Source: an archaeon (GTDB lineage: Archaea > Nanobdellota > Nanobdellia > Woesearchaeales > GW2011-AR9). Taken from it: a stretch of DNA of 64,000 nucleotides. How positions within the stretch are numbered: the first letter of the stretch is position 1; each line of letters begins with the position of its first letter. Made by a program: the position numbers and the translations under genes. The stretch lies in assembly GCA_018670085.1 (NCBI GenBank), contig JABHRS010000035.1:70189-134188 (forward strand). Direction: 5' to 3'. Below are positions 57,399 to 64,000 of this stretch, one piece after another. The notes under the pieces are model-generated. The model ran no database searches. It was not told where the DNA came from and worked only from the letters and a program-made list of their open reading frames with translations.

Positions 57399-58202
57399 AT
57401 GGTAGAAACTGAACCCGAATTTGCAGCAACAACTGGATCAAAGCAAGAGTTAGAACTCAAAAGGCGTATGCCAAAAAATCTCGAGTACAAGATTTCTGGA
57501 ATAATAGAAGTGTTCAAAGATAGATATTGCACCAGCAACAACAAATCATTTAGTGTTGAGCAAAAACCATTAAATGATGAAATAAAAGAAGGCTTAGATG
57601 AAATTCTCAAAAAACTAGGTTATCAAGTAGCTACAGAACATCATATCCATGATATAGAATACAACAGAACACATTTGGATGGATTAACACATGATACCTT
57701 CAAAATTCATTCAGAAGGATTGGAATACTTCAGTTTTGAAACACAAAAAAGAAAAAACCCAAAACAATGGATCGCAGGTACTTTATCTGATAGTTATATT
57801 CTAGCAAGTTCTGATATTAGAAATAAGTATATTAGGTTATGTGCAAGCATAGGAATGATAACAACTTCAGCATCTGTGTTACCTTTCGGACCATCAATCG
57901 CTAACTTAATATTTTCAAACCCAAGCACGACAACAAGTAGTTCGGTAACTGTTGCAGTAGTAACTTTAACTGGACTCGCAGGAGCTCTAATTGGATATGC
58001 AATTGGACAAAATAAACATCCTTCACACACAGAAGGTCAAATTTACTTCTATAACAATGATGTCACAACCATTAAAAAAAATGTTATGAGACATACCCGC
58101 TGGAAACACAACAGACATAATGGTATAACTGTATCAAAAGGTCCAGATTACAAAAGACTAGAAGCTGCACTAAAACCAATAGAATACTTTGAATTTTCAT
58201 AA
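57399..58202 (+). CDS. Hypothetical protein with a C-terminal hydrophobic/glycine-zipper segment
   Basis: I prefer ATG 57399 (MVETEPEF...) over the TTG track start. A TM-like segment VAVVTLTGLAGALIGYAIG is present. Confidence 0.55.
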   Translation: MVETEPEFAATTGSKQELELKRRMPKNLEYKISGIIEVFKDRYCTSNNKSFSVEQKPLNDEIKEGLDEILKKLGYQVATEHHIHDIEYNRTHLDGLTHDTFKIHSEGLEYFSFETQKRKNPKQWIAGTLSDSYILASSDIRNKYIRLCASIGMITTSASVLPFGPSIANLIFSNPSTTTSSSVTVAVVTLTGLAGALIGYAIGQNKHPSHTEGQIYFYNNDVTTIKKNVMRHTRWKHNRHNGITVSKGPDYKRLEAALKPIEYFEFS

Positions 58203-58311
58203 ATTTCAATCTTTATTTAAAAGCAAATCACTAAAAAATATACCAGCGAGAACTTAAAATTTCATTGATTTCTTCCAAACACTTTTAAACAACTATAAAT
58301 TTTAAACAATT

Positions 58312-59124
58312 ATGCCACTTGTAGATGTTCATTGCCACATCAACCACAAACTCTTCGAAGGAAAGGTTGAAGAAATCATAGCTAATGCAGCAAGAGCAGG
58401 CCTTAAAGCAGTAGTTCTAAGTGGAGTAAACCCAGAAGCAAACCTGGAAGTTCTAGAATATGCTAAAAAATACCCATTGATTAAAGCAAGCCTTGGAATT
58501 TACCCAATTGATGCTTTAGGTCTTAGTCCAGATGAAGTTGGTCTTCCGCACCACGAAGGACCAATTAATTTAACAGAACAATTTGCATTTTTCGAAGCAA
58601 ACTTGGACAAAATCATCTCAATTGGCGAAGTTGGGATGGATTTTCATTGGGTAAGTAAAGATGAAACCTTTGAAAAACAAAAAGAAAATTTCCAAAAGAT
58701 AATTCGGTTTTGTATTAAAGTTAAGAAACCAATTGTGATTCATTCTCGTAAAGCTGAAGTTGAATGTCTTAATGTTTTAGAGGAAGAAATCAAAAATAAT
58801 GAAATTCCAGTAATCCATCATTGTTTTGGTGGGAAAAAAGCGTTGATCAAACGAGGGGCTGAGCTTGGCCACAATTTTAGTGTTCCAGCTAACATCGCAA
58901 GAAACAGTGGATTTGAATCACTAGTAAAAATTGTACCAAACAAACAGTTATTAACTGAAACTGACAGTCCTTGGTTAAGTCCATTTAAAGGCACAACAAA
59001 TGAACCAGCCAATGTTACAGAATCGATTAAAAAAATTGCAGAAATCAAGGAACTTAGTATTAAAGATGCTGAAGATTTAGTCTGGAGTAACTTCAAAAGA
59101 ATTTTCAATTATGAAGAAGAATAA
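58312..59124 (+). CDS. tatD: TatD-family metal-dependent hydrolase/DNase
   Basis: VDVHCHINH, GEVGMDFHW, IVIHSR, HHCFGG, LLTETDSPWL. Confidence 0.9.
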   Translation: MPLVDVHCHINHKLFEGKVEEIIANAARAGLKAVVLSGVNPEANLEVLEYAKKYPLIKASLGIYPIDALGLSPDEVGLPHHEGPINLTEQFAFFEANLDKIISIGEVGMDFHWVSKDETFEKQKENFQKIIRFCIKVKKPIVIHSRKAEVECLNVLEEEIKNNEIPVIHHCFGGKKALIKRGAELGHNFSVPANIARNSGFESLVKIVPNKQLLTETDSPWLSPFKGTTNEPANVTESIKKIAEIKELSIKDAEDLVWSNFKRIFNYEEE

Positions 59125-59197
59125 TTAATACCTCATTTTCTCCTTTCAAGAGTGATACTAAAATAATAAATACAACTTAGTTTCTCAAAATAATTAG

Positions 59198-59785
59198 ATG
59201 GCAAATTCGAGTAATTCTACTTTCACAATTATTGATATTGAGACCACTGGTCTTTCAAAATACCATGACAAGATTACTGAAATTGCAGCAGTTAGAATCC
59301 AAAATGGCCAAATAGTTGAAGAATTCCAAAGTCTTGTAAATCCAGAAACTAGTATTCCAAGATTTATTACAAAACTTACCGGAATCGATAACGAGATGGT
59401 TAAAGATGCACCAAACATCCAACAGGTACTCCCAAGCTTCATCAATTTCCTAAAAGATGACACTTTTGTAGCTCACAACGCCACCTTTGATTTTGGTTTC
59501 TTAGAACACAACTGTTTAAAACATCACAATCATAAATTAGAAAACACAAAACTTTGTACAAGAAAACTTGCCAACAGGTTATTTCCGCAACTTCCAAGGA
59601 AACGCCTAGGTGATTTGTGTAATCATTTAGAAATCCACAACAGCGCTGCCCACCGTGCAATGGGTGATGTAAAAGCAACTGTCGGAGTTTTCCATGCTAT
59701 GTTAGATAAAATGCACAATTATGAAATTCAAGAGTTACATCAAATAGTTAAATTTGAAAGAGCACCAAAACGTAAACAGAAATAA
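59198..59785 (+). CDS. DEDDh 3'-5' exonuclease (DnaQ/epsilon-like)
   Basis: ExoI is FTIIDIETTGLS, ExoII is VAHNATFDFGFL and ExoIII is HRAMGDVKAT. Confidence 0.9.
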   Translation: MANSSNSTFTIIDIETTGLSKYHDKITEIAAVRIQNGQIVEEFQSLVNPETSIPRFITKLTGIDNEMVKDAPNIQQVLPSFINFLKDDTFVAHNATFDFGFLEHNCLKHHNHKLENTKLCTRKLANRLFPQLPRKRLGDLCNHLEIHNSAAHRAMGDVKATVGVFHAMLDKMHNYEIQELHQIVKFERAPKRKQK

Positions 59786-59804
59786 ACTCACAGGAAAAGA
59801 AAAT

Positions 59805-60314
59805 ATGCAAATTACAATTGATACAAATAAAGATTCAATCGAAGACATCAAAAGAGTGATAGAATTGCTAAATCAGTACACAGGATCAAAGTTTGAAAAA
59901 TATTACAACAGAGATAGCAACGATGATAATCAAGCTAGTGAAAAGGAATCTGAAAAAAAATCTGAAATTGACAAAACAACAGAAGAAAATATGTCTCCTT
60001 TCAAAGAACAATTATTAGATGAAGATCCAATCAACAACAATCCTGAGATAAAAGAGAAAAATCAATCAACAAGTAACCATACAAATCTAATGCCAAATTT
60101 TAGTCACAAACCAGAACCGACTGCAACAAATGTAACAGAAAAATCAGTAAACACTTACCAAAATACTCCGACTGCAATGAAAGCAAATCCTGGAACTCCA
60201 CCAGACTTCACGGCATATTTAGAACTTCTAAAAAATAAACAAGAAAAAACAGTCCAAGGAATTATTTCAAAAAATAATCAAAATAATGAAAAATTTCAAG
60301 TATATGATCAATAA
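59805..60314 (+). CDS. Hypothetical low-complexity (N/Q/K/E/T-rich) protein
   Basis: I prefer ATG 59805 (MQITIDTNK...). The track start at 59754 would overlap the exonuclease gene. Confidence 0.45.
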   Translation: MQITIDTNKDSIEDIKRVIELLNQYTGSKFEKYYNRDSNDDNQASEKESEKKSEIDKTTEENMSPFKEQLLDEDPINNNPEIKEKNQSTSNHTNLMPNFSHKPEPTATNVTEKSVNTYQNTPTAMKANPGTPPDFTAYLELLKNKQEKTVQGIISKNNQNNEKFQVYDQ

Positions 60315-60351
60315 GAGTAATCTATTTAAAAAAGCAATTTAAGAGATATCT

Positions 60352-61689
60352 ATGACTAAAATTTTCATTAAAACATTTGGATCAGCAACTAACAAAGCTG
60401 ATAGTGAACAAATGAAAGGTCTTCTAAAACAAGCAGAATTTGAGATTATAAACACAATTGATAATGCTGATTTAGTGATAATAAACAGTTGCAGTTTAAA
60501 CCAAAAAAAAGAATTAGAGATTAAATCATTAATTGAAAATATAAAAGAAACTTATAAAATTGTGATCATTGCAGGTTGTTTAGCACAGCTCCAATCAAAA
60601 GAATATCAAGAGTTTTCATTAATTGGAACAAAACAGATCAATAACATTGTAGAAGTTGTTGAAGAAGCACTGAACAACAACACAGTCCGGTGTCTGATGA
60701 CAAATGAATTACCAGAGTTAAATACTTCAATTATTAGAAATAACGATTTAATTGAAATAATCCCAATTACTAGAGGATACCTCAATCAATGTAATTTTTG
60801 TAAACTAAAATCAGAACAAGATACACTGCAATCATACTCCGTTGAAGATATAATCAAAAGAGCAAATAAAGCAATTCAAGACGGAGTAAAACAAATCTGG
60901 TTAACTAGTCAAGACACAGCAAATTATGGTTTTGATATAAACACAAATTTACCAATTCTAATTAATCAAATTACAAATATCCCCAGTGACTTTAGAGTCA
61001 GAATTGGGATGATGACTCCGCATAACCTACAAAAAATTCAAACTGAGTTAATTGAATCTTACAAAAATCCCAAAATATTCAAATTTTTACATCTTCCAAT
61101 TAATTCTGGGAATAATAATGTTCTCAAAAATATGAAACTAAATTATAACATTGAAGATTTTGATAAACAAGTTTTAGCATTCAGACGAGCAATTCCAAAC
61201 ATCTCAGTTATGACTGATGTGATTGTTGGTTTTCCATCTGAAACTCCACAGCAATTTTTTAACACAATTACTTTACTAAGAAAAACAAGTCCAGACTATA
61301 CTAACGTCTCAAAATTTGAAAATAATTCAATCAGTACAGAGCTAAATGAAAGTGAAATTGATGAAGGTATGGTCGAAGAAAATGAAATCAAACGTCGGTT
61401 TCGTGTGACAAATGAAGTGTCCCAAAATATTGCTTTACTTGCTCATGAGAAGTGGCATAATTGGGTTGGAGAAATAATTCTAACTAAAAAAGATAAACAT
61501 ACAAACCAATTTATTGGATATACTCCAAGTTATACTCAAGTTGCAGTTGCTGGAGACTACAAGTTAGGACAAAAACTTAATGTAAAGATCACAAAGACAG
61601 GCATTTATGGCTTAATTGGCGAAAAAGAGAGTAAAAATAGCTTGAAATCAGAAGAGAATGTAGTTAAGTTGCAAATTGTTAATGATTGA
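60352..61689 (+). CDS. MiaB/MtaB-like methylthiotransferase homolog (UPF0004 + radical SAM + TRAM) with degenerate Fe-S ligand motifs
   Basis: The domain order is clear. However, the expected GC..N..DSE reads GSATNKADSE. The radical SAM CxxxCxxC reads YLNQCNFC, with a Tyr codon TAC at 60778-60780. Confidence 0.8.
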   Translation: MTKIFIKTFGSATNKADSEQMKGLLKQAEFEIINTIDNADLVIINSCSLNQKKELEIKSLIENIKETYKIVIIAGCLAQLQSKEYQEFSLIGTKQINNIVEVVEEALNNNTVRCLMTNELPELNTSIIRNNDLIEIIPITRGYLNQCNFCKLKSEQDTLQSYSVEDIIKRANKAIQDGVKQIWLTSQDTANYGFDINTNLPILINQITNIPSDFRVRIGMMTPHNLQKIQTELIESYKNPKIFKFLHLPINSGNNNVLKNMKLNYNIEDFDKQVLAFRRAIPNISVMTDVIVGFPSETPQQFFNTITLLRKTSPDYTNVSKFENNSISTELNESEIDEGMVEENEIKRRFRVTNEVSQNIALLAHEKWHNWVGEIILTKKDKHTNQFIGYTPSYTQVAVAGDYKLGQKLNVKITKTGIYGLIGEKESKNSLKSEENVVKLQIVND

Positions 61690-61786
61690 TTCTGATAGAA
61701 TAAATAGCAAAAATTAACTATGTAAGTACTAGTCAGTAGTTATTATTGCGAAGCATTTAAATAAAAACCGCCTATTTCGAATAACA

Positions 61787-62569
61787 ATGGCAGAGTTATC
61801 AGACTATCTATTAATTATTGGATTACCAAGCATGGTTGCATTACCATTTTTCTTTTTAGATTCACAGCTAGATAAAGATCGCCTATTTTCTAATTATTCC
61901 AATAGCATGCCAAATGGAGCTCAGGCAAATACAGGTTCCAGCAGCTCAGAACCAATAACTGAAGAAAAACCAAAAGGTCCTTGTCCAGACAACTATCTAA
62001 ACAGAAAAACGCCTCTAAAAGAGTTAATTTCAACTTACCAAACAGAACACCCAGAAGCAGAGATGGAAAAAGCCATTCATGTTAAAAAACAGTGTAGACT
62101 TGTAACAATAATGCTCGATGATGTTCCAATCAAACAATATGACGCTGCTCTTGGTAGTAACCCAGATTTTGATAAATCCCATGAAGGTGATAGAGCAACA
62201 CCAGTTGGAACTTTTTATGTCGCAGATAAAGATTTAGAAAGCAAAGGTCAAACGGCCTGGTATAAAGCCCTACATATTAGTTACCCAAATAAAGAAGATG
62301 CTGCAAGAGGCCTACGTAATGGTCTGATAAAACAATGGGAAGCAAATGCAATCAATAAAGCAATTGATAATTGTCAAATGCCTCCACAAAACACCCAACT
62401 AGGTAGTTTACTAAAAATGCATGGCAAAGGTGGCTACATCTCAAGTAGAGATTGGACTTGGGGCTGTGTAGGATTAGATAATTCAGTAATGGATGAAGTT
62501 TATGCATTTGCAGACAAAGGATGCAGAAAAGATGGTACATTTAAGACTAAGCTTGTAATTGAATATTAA
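61787..62569 (+). CDS. YafK/YkuD-family L,D-transpeptidase-fold protein with an N-terminal membrane anchor
   Basis: ATPVGTFYV, LHISYPNKEDAARG, MHGKGG...DWTWGCVGLDNSVMDEVY. This is the His...Cys catalytic pattern of the YkuD/YafK family. Confidence 0.7.
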   Translation: MAELSDYLLIIGLPSMVALPFFFLDSQLDKDRLFSNYSNSMPNGAQANTGSSSSEPITEEKPKGPCPDNYLNRKTPLKELISTYQTEHPEAEMEKAIHVKKQCRLVTIMLDDVPIKQYDAALGSNPDFDKSHEGDRATPVGTFYVADKDLESKGQTAWYKALHISYPNKEDAARGLRNGLIKQWEANAINKAIDNCQMPPQNTQLGSLLKMHGKGGYISSRDWTWGCVGLDNSVMDEVYAFADKGCRKDGTFKTKLVIEY

Positions 62570-62657
62570 TAACATCTATAATGATTACAACTTATTTGAA
62601 TAATTCAAATTAATAATTTGTTTAAAAAATAAAAAATAAAATAATTCCTTACAAAAT

Positions 62658-64000
62658 TTACCTAGCAGCAAATTCTTCGAAACAAGCAACTTCATTCTTA
62701 TCCAGATCTAAACAATTATTCCCATCACTAGTATAAAGCCAGTCATCTCCTTGTTTGAAATAATGCGTTCTAACACTTCTACCACCATTGGCGTTTACAT
62801 ATGTAACTTCACGTGATCTTGCAAGGTCCTCCATACTTTTTGAAGGGTCACCTACACTTTCATACAATGGTGCTGTCCCATCCCATCCCTGTATACTGTC
62901 CAAAGATTCATAACGAGAATCCAATCTATCCAAACCAGAATAACCACCATCAATAACAGTATTACATGCACTAAATGAAACCGAACTTACTGTGTCTGAA
63001 GCTGGAAGCTGATCAAATGGAGAACTATGCCCTGAGTCACCAAAGTATAATTTATCAATTGGATTATGTTCACCTCCATCAGCAAGATCCACATCCACAC
63101 TATCTCGCCAAACATATTCAGAATCCTTCCAATGATGACCAGTAACAATTAAATTTTCACTTTGAGAAGTTAGAGCTACATCACGGCTGTTTACAATATA
63201 ACAACCCCCATTATTCTTACACCAGGATTCCATATCACGAGAAGTGTAAGCATTATCCCCTGAGAACACAATAGTAGTTTTAGGGTCAGAATTACCATCA
63301 CTGATTACTTTACCAAAAGTTTGAGCCATTTTCTGTTCACAGTTTATACCGACTGTGCACGCAACCATTGAAGGTTTAGAAGAGAAGTAATTTGAATCTT
63401 TTTGATATTCATTTGAAGACCAATGATGTAGTATTGTTTCATCACCCTCATCGTACATCACATCAATTCTGCCAGCATTAATTTTGGAAAGATCATTCCC
63501 ATAACTTGAAATATCGTCTCCCTGGCCAATTTTAATAGCACCAAGTAAATCATTATTATCATCTATAGATTGAAATTGAACTGACCCTTCAACAAGATCA
63601 AGAACTTCTATATGGGAAAAGTATACCGGACTTTTAACTTTAATATCATCCCCATTGCTAACTCCGACAAATGCCAATCTTTCCCGATAATCTGGGCTAG
63701 AACCAGGCGTGTTTACAATACAGCTAGAACCATCCACACAAAACTTTTCTGCGCTTCTTCTATCTTCTTGAGTATAATATACCCAACTACCATGTTTTGC
63801 ATCCACAGAGAGAACAGTACCTCCATCATGCAAGATTAAATCAGTTTGTCCAATCAGAATAAATTCCTCTTCTTTAGAATCATAGGGACTATAATAACTA
63901 CCATCAACAGTAATACCTTGAAAAGGAAGCTCAAAAATACCATCTACAAATTCCCCGTCTTCTCCTGCAGTGTACGAAAAAGACCCAACATAAAGAGGCC
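62658..64000 (-). CDS. Hypothetical, probably extracytoplasmic protein; the N-terminus lies beyond the right window edge
   Basis: The track start at 63833 is a TTG. Hand translation shows the frame stays open upstream at least to 63902 (...GSYYSPYDSKEEEFILIGQTDLILHDGG...); I did not translate 63903-64000, so continuation to the window edge is assumed. No motif recognised. Confidence 0.6.
   Translation of the reverse strand, partial: PLYVGSFSYTAGEDGEFVDGIFELPFQGITVDGSYYSPYDSKEEEFILIGQTDLILHDGGTVLSVDAKHGSWVYYTQEDRRSAEKFCVDGSSCIVNTPGSSPDYRERLAFVGVSNGDDIKVKSPVYFSHIEVLDLVEGSVQFQSIDDNNDLLGAIKIGQGDDISSYGNDLSKINAGRIDVMYDEGDETILHHWSSNEYQKDSNYFSSKPSMVACTVGINCEQKMAQTFGKVISDGNSDPKTTIVFSGDNAYTSRDMESWCKNNGGCYIVNSRDVALTSQSENLIVTGHHWKDSEYVWRDSVDVDLADGGEHNPIDKLYFGDSGHSSPFDQLPASDTVSSVSFSACNTVIDGGYSGLDRLDSRYESLDSIQGWDGTAPLYESVGDPSKSMEDLARSREVTYVNANGGRSVRTHYFKQGDDWLYTSDGNNCLDLDKNEVACFEEFAAR

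Noticed and set aside
1-64000. An alternative genetic code (for example UGA reassignment, as in some small-genome lineages)
   Set aside because: TGA and TAA both terminate well-supported genes at positions consistent with family lengths. Examples are dys ending in TGA and the ATGA junctions. No conserved domain is interrupted by in-frame stops.

Overview
This is an AT-rich (about one-third G+C by eye, not computed), densely coding prokaryotic fragment. It uses the standard genetic code, and GAGGTG-like Shine-Dalgarno motifs sit in front of many ATGs.

**Likely origin.** The core genes are archaeal:
- deoxyhypusine synthase
- Cdc48/VCP-type double AAA+ ATPase
- ATP-dependent DNA ligase
- Taw1/TYW1
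- prefoldin alpha
- an NMD3-like protein
- a protein with a class III (pilin-type) signal peptide

Many bacterial-looking genes are mixed in:
- RluB/RsuA pseudouridine synthase
- cold-shock domain protein
- YafK/YkuD-like L,D-transpeptidase fold
- DnaQ-like exonuclease
- GGDEF-like palm domain
- DUF1653

There are also many secreted or membrane-anchored proteins, and many proteins carry charged low-complexity tails. I infer a small-genome DPANN-type archaeon, but I cannot verify this here.

**Not found.** I recognised no rRNA, canonical tRNA, CRISPR array, transposase or integrase.

**Main hunt result.** A same-strand locus of about 14.4 kb lies on the minus strand at 42832-57229. In transcription order it encodes:
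- a RelA/SpoT/Mesh1-type HD hydrolase homolog
- a MoxR/AAA_5-type ATPase whose Walker A reads GPPGVGRT (Arg where Lys is expected)
- five translationally coupled genes of 421-1148 aa with no domain I can name; all end in the same roughly 60-80 aa module (FFEN..., W-x-E-x-I-I-[DE], IGGD[KR]YR)
- a protein with an N-terminal HExxH motif and a C-terminal VWA domain with an intact MIDAS

A near-identical 24-nt motif sits upstream of both the ATPase gene and the VWA gene. I read this as a candidate undescribed AAA+/VWA-driven multi-subunit system.

**Secondary observations.**
- a divergent GGDEF-like (GGDEL) protein
- a MiaB/MtaB-like gene missing two Fe-S cysteine ligands
- a YafK-like enzyme in an apparently wall-less archaeal context
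- a duplicated promoter plus signal-anchor cassette
- a pair of GC-rich islands that may be a structured RNA
- a repeated TTAAATGGGCCCC start-site motif
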